Positions 8,750 to 17,665 of a DNA stretch of 64,000 nt are shown here, in pieces (position 1 is the first letter of the stretch; every line of letters begins with the position of its first letter). This DNA is from Clostridia bacterium. Its GTDB lineage: Bacteria; Bacillota; Clostridia; Christensenellales; UBA1242. The notes under the pieces are model-generated. The model did no database searches. It saw only the letters and a program-made list of their open reading frames with translations, and was not told the DNA's origin. The translations under genes and the position numbers were made by a program. Location of the stretch: positions 15,828-79,827 of the forward strand of contig JAZSJW010000002.1 in assembly GCA_045534555.1 (NCBI GenBank). Reading direction: 5' to 3'.

Positions 8750-9766
8750 TTACAACGCAATTGTTGATGACGGTTTTAATGTTAACTTATCTGCAATATT
8801 TTTACCTTCTATAAACGCAAAGTAGGCGGCGGAGCCAACCATAGCAGCATTATCTGTACAAAGTTTAAGCGGCGGATATAAAACTTTAATCCCTGCTTTT
8901 TGCCCCTCAATTGTAGCAAGCTCTCTTAATCTTAAGTTTGCACTCACCCCGCCAGCAAGCACAAGTGTTTTTAAGCCATACTTTTTACAAGCTTCTATTG
9001 ATTTATATACAACCTGATAAACAGCTTCTTCTTGGAAAGAATGACACACATCAGGAATAGAAACATTTTCACCCTTTTGTCTTTTATTATGCATATAGTT
9101 TATAACCGCCGTCTTTAAACCACTATAAGAGAAGTTAAAATCCTTCAATTTTTCATGTGGCTTAATTATAAAGTTAATGTTTTTCTTTCCAAAAACTGCC
9201 TGTTTTTGAACATTTGGACCGCCGGGATATTCAAGCCCGCACTCTCTAGCAACCTTATCAAAGGCTTCTCCTATCGCATCATCTGTGGTTGTTCCTATTA
9301 AAGTTTTCGTTGTGTAAGTATCCATTTTGCAAAGAGCTGTATGCCCGCCACTAACGATTAAGCATGCAAATGGAGGCTCTAAATCTTTATGTTCAATATA
9401 ATTTGCTGCAATATGCCCTTCTATGTGATTTACCGCAATTAATGGCTTATTTAATTTATAACTTAGAGCTTTAGCAAAGTTTACACCTACTATTAAAGCC
9501 CCTAAAAGTCCCGCACCATATGTAACTGCTATAGCATCTATATCATCTAAAGAAATTTTAGCTTCTCTAAGAGCTTCATTTAAAACTCCATCTATGTTAA
9601 CCACATGGTTTCTTGATGCAATCTCTGGCACTACACCGCCATATAATTTATGTATATCTATCTGACTTGAAATCGCATTCGATAATACTTCTCTACCATT
9701 TTTTACAACAGCAATACTTGTTTCGTCACAAGAGGATTCAATTGCCAAAATCAATATATCTTTTTT
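8750..9766 (-). CDS. tsaD: tRNA N6-adenosine threonylcarbamoyltransferase TsaD
   Basis: ILAIESSCDETS...HIEGH...GGVSAN are Kae1/TsaD hallmarks. The ATG at 9766 is preferred, with a GTG at 9787 as an alternative. Confidence 0.93.
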   Translation of the reverse strand, partial: KKDILILAIESSCDETSIAVVKNGREVLSNAISSQIDIHKLYGGVVPEIASRNHVVNIDGVLNEALREAKISLDDIDAIAVTYGAGLLGALIVGVNFAKALSYKLNKPLIAVNHIEGHIAANYIEHKDLEPPFACLIVSGGHTALCKMDTYTTKTLIGTTTDDAIGEAFDKVARECGLEYPGGPNVQKQAVFGKKNINFIIKPHEKLKDFNFSYSGLKTAVINYMHNKRQKGENVSIPDVCHSFQEEAVYQVVYKSIEACKKYGLKTLVLAGGVSANLRLRELATIEGQKAGIKVLYPPLKLCTDNAAMVGSAAYFAFIEGKNIADKLTLKPSSTIAL

Positions 9767-9833
9767 CATATTTTTCTCTAACCCCACAATTAATACATCT
9801 TTAATATTTCAAAACAGACAAAATCAATAATGT

Positions 9834-10935
9834 CTAATTTTCAAATGTTGATTTGTTTTTTAAATTTGCAATAACAAACTCTTCTATATTTCCACTTAAA
9901 AACTCATCAACATTAGATGTTTCCATATTTGTTCTTAAATCTTTTATCATTTTATAAGGGTATAACACATAACTTCGAATTTGGCTACCCCATTCGTTTT
10001 TCATCTGCAATCCTTTCTCTTTTGCTTTTAATTCATTCTGTCTTTTCTCTTCTAGTTCCACAAGTTTAGCCTGCAACATTTGAAACGCCATTTCTTTGTT
10101 TTGTAGCTGACTTCTTTCATTTTGAGAACTAACCACAATACCCGTAGGAATATGTGTTAACCTAATTGCAGATTCCACTTTATTAACATTTTGACCACCG
10201 GCACCACCACTGCGGAACGTATCTATTTTTACATCTTTATCATCAATGGTTATTTTTTGTTTTTCAAGTATTGGAGACACCTCTACACTAGCAAACGAAG
10301 TATGTCTTCTTTTGTTCGCATCAAAAGGAGAAATTCTAACAAGTCTGTGCACTCCTCTTTCATTTTTTAAGTTACCGTAAGCATTTCTTCCTTTAAAAAT
10401 ATATCCTGCACTTTTAAAACCAGCCCCATCGCCATTGTTTTTAAAAACCAAGCTAACACTAAAATTCATTTTGTCTGCATAGCCAAAATACATTCTTTCT
10501 AACATCTCTGCCCAATCCTGCGCCTCTTCTCCGCCAGCCCCCGAATGAATTTCTACTAAAGCATCAGCATTATCATTTTCTTCACTATATAAACTTTCTA
10601 TATATAGTTTATTAATCAATATATCATTATTATAAAGCTCTTTCTCAAAGTCTCTAACATCATTATCAGAGCACCCCTCATCAATAATAGACAAAAACTC
10701 CCGCAAATAAATTAAATTATTTCTAGCTTGTTCATAATTAGTTATAATTTTTAATAAATCGTTTTGTTTTTTGCTTATAGAACTAGATTTTTCAAAATCA
10801 TTATAAACCTCAGGTTTTAATAGCTCCTGCTTTAATTCCTCTTCCTGTTTTATCAAATTATCAACATCAAAGACAGTCGCTAACATCTGTTAGCTTTTTT
10901 TCTAAACTTTGTAATTTTTCTTTATAATCAGCCAT
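9834..10935 (-). CDS. prfB: Peptide chain release factor 2, with a programmed +1 frameshift
   Basis: Frame 0 from the ATG at 10935 encodes MADYKEKLQSLEKKLTDVSDCL and ends at CTT TGA (CTT 10872..10870, TGA 10869..10867). The +1 frame continues DVDNLIKQ... and contains the SPF and GGQ motifs. Confidence 0.92.
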
Positions 10936-11018
10936 TTTATAATCTCCAAAACTAATATAACACACTTTTTTATTTTTATAAACACTTTTTTTGTCTTTAA
11001 CTATTTTTTTAAAATAAA

Positions 11019-11052
11019 AGAGAGTGCGTTTCCGCATTCTCTCTTTTTATTT
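11019..11052 (-). terminator. Rho-independent terminator after the 1665-aa gene
   Basis: The hairpin AGAGAGTGCG-tttc-CGCATTCTCT has one mismatch and is flanked by A and T runs. Confidence 0.65.
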
Positions 11053-11053
11053 T

Positions 11054-14000
11054 TTAATCAAGATCAGGTCCATCTTGTTCTTCAAAATTTTCCTCTTGTT
11101 TTTTCACAGCATTTCTTTGATTTCTAAACTCATTTTGAACATGTTGAATAGCCGCATCTGAAAGACCGAGTTTTTTCATTTGTGCATGAGCTTGAAGTGA
11201 ACTCATACCAGAATAATTTTTAATAGCAAAATCTATTAAGTCTTTTTCTTCTGCACTAAACTCAACTTCTTTTGAACGATCTATTCTAGCCCTAATACCA
11301 TTGGATCTCTCGTCTTTTGACATACCCATTTGTTGTTTGTAGTCCTCATAAGCTTTATTTATCTGTGCTGCATTATTTTGACTTTGCTTAGTCTTTGAAA
11401 ATTTATCATCAAACTCTCTAGAAGCATTTAATATTGCATTATCACTCTCTTCTTGAGCCTTTCTTCTTCTTTCAATTTCTTCTTGATCTTTTTGTTGAGC
11501 CCTTACTTCAGCCATTGTTCTTGCTTCTTCTATCCTTTTTTCATTTCTGACTTTTGAAGCCCATAAGCTCATAGTGTTATCTAATATTTCTTTTCCTACT
11601 TCCGAATTTGAATGATCAAATAAGGTTAAGCCTATACCAAAATCATTTTCCGCTATTGCAGAAATATAATATTCTTCATCTTCCCTAATTTTTTGAACAA
11701 GTTCAACATCGTCTTTATGATTTTCAAGATATGTATTAAGAATCTTACTTGCATTTTCTATACGAATTCTATTATTTTCTTCTATAGCTTTTCGAGCTGC
11801 ATCCTCTTGTTCCTCTTTAATTCTAGCCTCCTCTTGAGCTTTAGCCTCTTTTTTCAAAGCTCTTTTTAGGCCAAATTGATACCATGCTGGATTTTTAGCA
11901 GCTTCTTCTGCCTTTATTTCTTTAGCATAATCTTTTAATTCTTGTTCACTTAATTTGTTTGGATCCACTTCTGGAGCATTTGCTTCAGCAATCTTATCTA
12001 CTGAATCTTTGCTTATTGTGTATGCAGGTTTTTCTTGACTTACACCACCATTTAAGCCCCTTTCTGCAGTTCTTGAAAGACCGCTTATATCAAAACCTGG
12101 AAGATCTGGAATTTCCTGCTCAATTTCACTATCAGTAGCAGTTTTAGAAACTTCTTTATGAGGCTCTTCTGTTGGCTGTTTGTTTTCAGCATCTTCTTTT
12201 GTTGCTGTATTTTCTGCCGCTGATTTTTTCCTATCTTTTTGACCTTGAGCCCAAACTTCAGCAATATGTTTCTTTCTCTCTTCAATCTCTTTTGCTTTTG
12301 CTTTGTCTCTATCCCTCTCTAGTTCAGCATCAAGCATTGCATTTACTTCATGCAACTTATCAGACACTAATGTATCAATTACATCATCACTTAATGTTGG
12401 ATTTGCTTTCTTTAAAGCAGCCCTTATTGCATTTATTTGAACTTGATTAATCTTGTCAAACTCTTCATCTGAAATTGACGCGCTGTTATATAGCTTCATT
12501 GCATCTTTAAGGGCAATCAAATTTTTCCCTACCTTAACTTTCGTTTTCGGTGTTGCAACTTTTGTATCTTCTGTTTTTCCATCTATATTTGGATCTACTC
12601 GCTCTTGCTTCTTTGCTAGCAACTCGTTATTTAAATCAAAATAACTCTTTCCATCTTTAGTAATTTTGCTTAATGTTAATCTTATAGCATTAGCATCATT
12701 TAAAGATAATCCCCTCGCAGTCAACGATTCATCATCAAGATCAACTGCTTTTCCTTGTAGTATTTGTGAAACAATAGAATTAACTTCTTTATCTAAATCT
12801 ACTTTACTTGGTGCTGGAGCAGCTTTATCTGCTTCTGTATCTTTGCTTTCTTCATGAGCCAAAGCTTCTTCCACAGGCTCTTTAGCTTCTTTTTCTTCTG
12901 GTTTGTTTATTTCACCTACATTATCTTGTTTTGAAGCTTCCTCAACATCTTCCGCTCTGCCTAATTCTCCCCAAATTTCTTCGGCTTCTTTAGCTGTTAT
13001 ACCTAAATCAGCCATTGCCTGAAATGCTTCTGCAGTATCTTTTTCTTTTATGATTTCTTTTGCTTTTTGTTTTAATTCTTCTCTGTCTATATCACCGTCA
13101 AAATAGAATACCGTTTTTCCATCAGCTGTTGTTTCTTTCCTTGTAGGTTTTGATGCCGCATCCTCAATAGCTCTTTCTTGTTCTGGAGTTAATGGTTCAT
13201 GACTTCCACCAACACCAAACTCCATTTCATATCCAGAATTTTCGGCATCTTTCATTATCTCTTCAACTTGTTCAGAATCTGGAATACTCTCAAATTCGTT
13301 AGGAACCAAAGCCGCATTCTCTGGAGCTCTATGAACTTTGGCTACAGAATCTTTACTAATTGTATATTTTGGCTTGTTTTCTTGAGGAGCCATTCCTCTA
13401 AAACTCCTACTTGCAGCTCCTGTAACAGCATCAATCGAAAAGTCTGGCATTTTTGGAAATTGTGGAGCCTTGGAAGCACCAATATTTGCAGCTGCCACTT
13501 TTTCAACTTCCAATCCCGGAACTAAGTCTTGAATAGTAATTGGAACTTTATAGCTATATACAGAACCAGCCATCTCCATTGCATGAGTTAATACTTGCTC
13601 TGCAATAACAGCCTTGTTAACATTAGGATTTTCTTGTGCAAGAATATCGACAGCCTCTTTTAATGAGTTGATTTTATCTTGCTTCTTAACACCTGTTTTA
13701 CCTTTGCCGCGTAGTTTTTCTTTATAAATTTCTTCAATACGTTTCGAATCTATGCATGTAACTTGTTTCTTTGCACCATTTTCAACAATAAATCTCGAAC
13801 CAGATTCTTGAATCTTAACACCGCTTGCAAGCAATTTTGCATATTCTTCAGCATCAACTTTTCTAATTCCAGTCTTGCCATCTAGGCCAACTATTGTTAC
13901 AACCTTTTTTGCTTTAAATTGTTGCAATCCTGCATTTGCAGTTGGTATTGTTGAAACAACCACAGGAACATGCTTTCTTCCAACAAACTCAGCTCCAACA

Positions 14001-16051
14001 AATTTACTTGCAGGTTTTTCTTCATCTTTTTTAGGTTGCTCACCTGTTAATAAATTTTGAATTGTATCTGCTGCAGTTTTTGGTTTTTCTGGTGTTGAAA
14101 TAGTATCAACATTATCAATTTTAATTTCTGGATTTTTGACAATAATGTCTGCAGGAACAGTATTTGCAGGAATGTTTTTAATTTCAGGAGAAGGATTAAT
14201 TTGTTTAGCAACCCCAGTTACAACTGACGCAACTGCCATCTCTGGAGACACATCCCCTTTTTCTCCCTGTAGGTCAAGTATGTTTTGCTTGAAATATTCA
14301 TTTTCACTTACAACTTGCATTGCATTTTCAATATTAGGGTTTTTTGTTAACGCCTCTTCAATTTTTGCTTGCATTTGGTTATACACCACTGTAGGCATCT
14401 TTAATTCTCTTGTTTTGTTGCCATCTTTAACCACTATAGTAACGAAATCAGGCTCACTTCCTTTTTTATCTTCTGCTTCTTTGTTACTACCAACAATACT
14501 ATCTACAGTAACATCTTTAAATGTTGCTGGAGATTTTTCTTGAACAAATAATAAAGCTTTTTTTGCAACAACCCTTTTAATCTGTTCTTCTGTAAGACCT
14601 TTATTAGCAGTATTTGAACTTTTTAAAATGGTTAATGTTGTTTTGTTCACAAATTCCAATAAAGCCTCTCTTCTCTTCTGCATGCCTACTTTATTTCTTG
14701 GTTTTTCGGAAATTGTTTTATACATCTTCTTTAACTCTTCGTCAGAAAGCAAGTCATTAAACCATGTATTTACCGTAGTATCAAAACCATAGTCTACATA
14801 AGAAGAAGCAAGTTCTGTTGTTTTTGCAGAATCTGAATTTTTCGCAGGTGCTGGATCTACCAAACTATCACCTTTGTCCAATATTGGTTCCTCCTCTATA
14901 TCATTTTCAACAGATTCTACAGCAATTGGTGCTGGATTATCATTTGCTCTCACCTGAACTATAGGCTCTTTAGCTTGTTCATTTGCATTAGCTGGTACTG
15001 ATACTTCTAGGTCTTTTGTTTGTTCTCTTGCATCAACCTGTTCTCTTGCATCAGCTTGTTCTTGCATATTACTTAAATCAATCGATGCATCTAAAGCATT
15101 ACTTAAAGAAACCATGTCTTCATTTTCAATTGTTTTTAATGCTGATAAGTCATTACCAGGATAAGGATATTTTGTCATCTGTGCACCATCTAGAGACATT
15201 GCATTTTGGTTAACACTTAATCTTTCTTTCGCTGCTTTATATTCAGCTTTTATACCCTTTGCTTTTTCTTTTGCAGCTTTTCTTTCATCAAAAGCTTTTT
15301 TAACCCACTTATTTGCCTTTGAAAATATTGCCCCAATACCTTTAATTGCATATTTACCACCAACAAGCATGGTTAAAATTCCAGCAATACCAGCACCGCT
15401 AGTCAAACCAAAAGTTGACGTTACGGCAGAGGCAACAACACCCCAAACCGATAAACCAGCAAGACCTATTAAAGAAAGAGGCAACAAAGTTATCAATGGA
15501 TAAATAAGCATTCTTCTAGCAACCTTTCTACCCGCAGCCCTTTTTTCTGCCCTAGCACCTTTCACAGGCACTTCACCATCTTTTTTAGAGCCAAGCCACT
15601 CTTTCTTTTTTGCATTAAAATTTTCTTCTGATTCTTGATATTTTTTATTAGCAATTGCAAGATATTCAGCACGCTCTTCATCTACATCTTTTGGAACAGG
15701 AAAATGGCCTCTGTTTGCATAAGAACCTTTTCTTGCACCCAACTCAACTGCATGATTTGCTAATCTTTCAATCTCTGCATCATTAGAAACAACATCTCCA
15801 AGGTTAAAAAGATCAGGGTATGCCTTCAAAACCCTATTTAAACTTCTTAAGGTTACCTCGCCCCTTTCATTTTTCATTTCTTCTTCTATTCTTGGATTTT
15901 GGCTCACTAGCCTTTGATATCCTTCACCAGAAGCTCTCATGATTTGGTCTACAGCATTAACATATTTCCATAATTTATTATAATCCATAGCTGTTTGCAA
16001 ATACTTTTTACGAGGCGAATTTTCTTCTTGATTTTTAACTTCGTCTGCCAT
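11054..16051 (-). CDS. Giant (1665 aa) Glu/Lys-rich membrane-anchored protein of unknown function
   Basis: The ORF is uninterrupted over 5 kb, with GGAGG upstream of the ATG. Two hydrophobic helices lie around aa 190-250. The remainder is highly charged, with internal repeats, and I recognised no enzymatic motif. Confidence 0.8.
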   Translation of the reverse strand: MADEVKNQEENSPRKKYLQTAMDYNKLWKYVNAVDQIMRASGEGYQRLVSQNPRIEEEMKNERGEVTLRSLNRVLKAYPDLFNLGDVVSNDAEIERLANHAVELGARKGSYANRGHFPVPKDVDEERAEYLAIANKKYQESEENFNAKKKEWLGSKKDGEVPVKGARAEKRAAGRKVARRMLIYPLITLLPLSLIGLAGLSVWGVVASAVTSTFGLTSGAGIAGILTMLVGGKYAIKGIGAIFSKANKWVKKAFDERKAAKEKAKGIKAEYKAAKERLSVNQNAMSLDGAQMTKYPYPGNDLSALKTIENEDMVSLSNALDASIDLSNMQEQADAREQVDAREQTKDLEVSVPANANEQAKEPIVQVRANDNPAPIAVESVENDIEEEPILDKGDSLVDPAPAKNSDSAKTTELASSYVDYGFDTTVNTWFNDLLSDEELKKMYKTISEKPRNKVGMQKRREALLEFVNKTTLTILKSSNTANKGLTEEQIKRVVAKKALLFVQEKSPATFKDVTVDSIVGSNKEAEDKKGSEPDFVTIVVKDGNKTRELKMPTVVYNQMQAKIEEALTKNPNIENAMQVVSENEYFKQNILDLQGEKGDVSPEMAVASVVTGVAKQINPSPEIKNIPANTVPADIIVKNPEIKIDNVDTISTPEKPKTAADTIQNLLTGEQPKKDEEKPASKFVGAEFVGRKHVPVVVSTIPTANAGLQQFKAKKVVTIVGLDGKTGIRKVDAEEYAKLLASGVKIQESGSRFIVENGAKKQVTCIDSKRIEEIYKEKLRGKGKTGVKKQDKINSLKEAVDILAQENPNVNKAVIAEQVLTHAMEMAGSVYSYKVPITIQDLVPGLEVEKVAAANIGASKAPQFPKMPDFSIDAVTGAASRSFRGMAPQENKPKYTISKDSVAKVHRAPENAALVPNEFESIPDSEQVEEIMKDAENSGYEMEFGVGGSHEPLTPEQERAIEDAASKPTRKETTADGKTVFYFDGDIDREELKQKAKEIIKEKDTAEAFQAMADLGITAKEAEEIWGELGRAEDVEEASKQDNVGEINKPEEKEAKEPVEEALAHEESKDTEADKAAPAPSKVDLDKEVNSIVSQILQGKAVDLDDESLTARGLSLNDANAIRLTLSKITKDGKSYFDLNNELLAKKQERVDPNIDGKTEDTKVATPKTKVKVGKNLIALKDAMKLYNSASISDEEFDKINQVQINAIRAALKKANPTLSDDVIDTLVSDKLHEVNAMLDAELERDRDKAKAKEIEERKKHIAEVWAQGQKDRKKSAAENTATKEDAENKQPTEEPHKEVSKTATDSEIEQEIPDLPGFDISGLSRTAERGLNGGVSQEKPAYTISKDSVDKIAEANAPEVDPNKLSEQELKDYAKEIKAEEAAKNPAWYQFGLKRALKKEAKAQEEARIKEEQEDAARKAIEENNRIRIENASKILNTYLENHKDDVELVQKIREDEEYYISAIAENDFGIGLTLFDHSNSEVGKEILDNTMSLWASKVRNEKRIEEARTMAEVRAQQKDQEEIERRRKAQEESDNAILNASREFDDKFSKTKQSQNNAAQINKAYEDYKQQMGMSKDERSNGIRARIDRSKEVEFSAEEKDLIDFAIKNYSGMSSLQAHAQMKKLGLSDAAIQHVQNEFRNQRNAVKKQEENFEEQDGPDLD

Positions 16052-16541
16052 TTTTTATCCTCCAGAATTAACTGTTTTTTTCCTTTTGATGATTTAGTCC
16101 GTATTTTTATGCACTCATTATAACATATCTTTTTAAAAATTACAAGGTCTTTTTTATAAAAAAAGAGGTGCTTAAAAAAATGAATTATTTACAACTCTTT
16201 TAATGCTCAAACTTTATAAATTATAACTCTGTCACTCAATACCACATATTCCCACTCGCAAACATTAAAAAATATGAGCTTTTTGTTTACTTATTATTAA
16301 TTGTTACCTTTCAACATTTTTCTTATGTATAATTTTTTTTTAAAACACCATAATTCTTTTATGAAAAAAGTCACGAACCAAGAAGCGTTAGATCAAGCAT
16401 ATAAAAACTTATATAACTGCAAACTTAACAAAATTGACAAGAATTTGAAAGTGTTAATTAAGGCGAAAAAATACTTGTCAACACATTCGTCTAGTAAAAT
16501 TTAAGAAATAAAAATGCCTTATTATAAATAAGGCATTTGAT

Positions 16542-17369
16542 TTATTTTTTTATATTGGTTGTTAGTTTTTCATTAACAATTTTGTATTGCTCTGGCACCC
16601 TCTCCCAAAGTTCACTAATAGTCCTATCTAGTAAATTACCGAGTATAAATTCTTCTTTTTTAATTGGTGGGTGCAACACAACATTTCCGTTACTTCTAAC
16701 TAAAAAATGTTTTCCTTTAGCCCATCTAAAAACTTTTATATTTCTTTCTTTGTCTCCATATTGTTTGATAAGTTTTTTAGCTTCTTTTGCCGAAACCAAA
16801 TCTTTTAACATTTTTGCCTTTCCTACGGGAATTATCGGAATTAAGACAATTTCATCCACATTAAATTCTTTTAATCTATCTAAAATTCTAAACAGATTTT
16901 TTACATTGTTGTTAAATAATGGTATTTTCACTTGGACTTTTAATTTGCTGTCGCATAGCAATTTTAATGTTTTCAAAAATTTCTCTTCGTTTGAGCCATT
17001 CGTTTGTGTATTTGCGTGCCAACTTCTATTCATTCCGTAATGCGAAACTCTTATTTTCTTAAAATACCTTTCTATAAGCTTTATATTTTGCTCGGTTATA
17101 AGAGATACATTACTATCTAAACATAATAAGGTTTTTCTAATTCTTACTTGCTTTAATAGGTCAAATAAACCTTGGTATAACAAGGGTTCTCCGCCCGTTA
17201 TCGTAATACTTTGTATTTTCTCTTTACATATATTGTTAAATATTTTTTTCCAACTTTCCACCTTAAGTTCAAAGTCGTTTTTATTTGCAAAGCAATGTTT
17301 ACATTTAAAATTACATTTATCCGTTATCTCAACGATAACTCGCTTTGGCTTTAGAATTTTATTATCCAT
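16542..17369 (-). CDS. Radical SAM protein (small, no SPASM-type extra Cys clusters seen)
   Basis: The CxxxCxxC cluster C-NFK-C-KH-C sits at aa 19-26, followed by a GGEPLL motif. Confidence 0.8.
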   Translation of the reverse strand: MDNKILKPKRVIVEITDKCNFKCKHCFANKNDFELKVESWKKIFNNICKEKIQSITITGGEPLLYQGLFDLLKQVRIRKTLLCLDSNVSLITEQNIKLIERYFKKIRVSHYGMNRSWHANTQTNGSNEEKFLKTLKLLCDSKLKVQVKIPLFNNNVKNLFRILDRLKEFNVDEIVLIPIIPVGKAKMLKDLVSAKEAKKLIKQYGDKERNIKVFRWAKGKHFLVRSNGNVVLHPPIKKEEFILGNLLDRTISELWERVPEQYKIVNEKLTTNIKK

Positions 17370-17665
17370 AAATTTTGGTATTTTTTCTGAAACTTAAACC
17401 GCATATTTAAGTTTCTATAAATTGATTTAGCCTTAAATTTTATTTAACACTTTCAATTAATACCAATTATATTCCTCCTATACTTTAAAATTTTCAATAG
17501 CTATGTTTATTGCGACTATAAACAATGACCATTAAATATTAACTTATAGAAGTTGACCCTTATATTATACTCTTTAAAAAAAATCTTTGCAACTTAAAAA
17601 AATAGTCATCGTTTTTTTAGCCAAACAGCATAAAAAATCCCTAAACTATAGTTTAGGGATAATCT

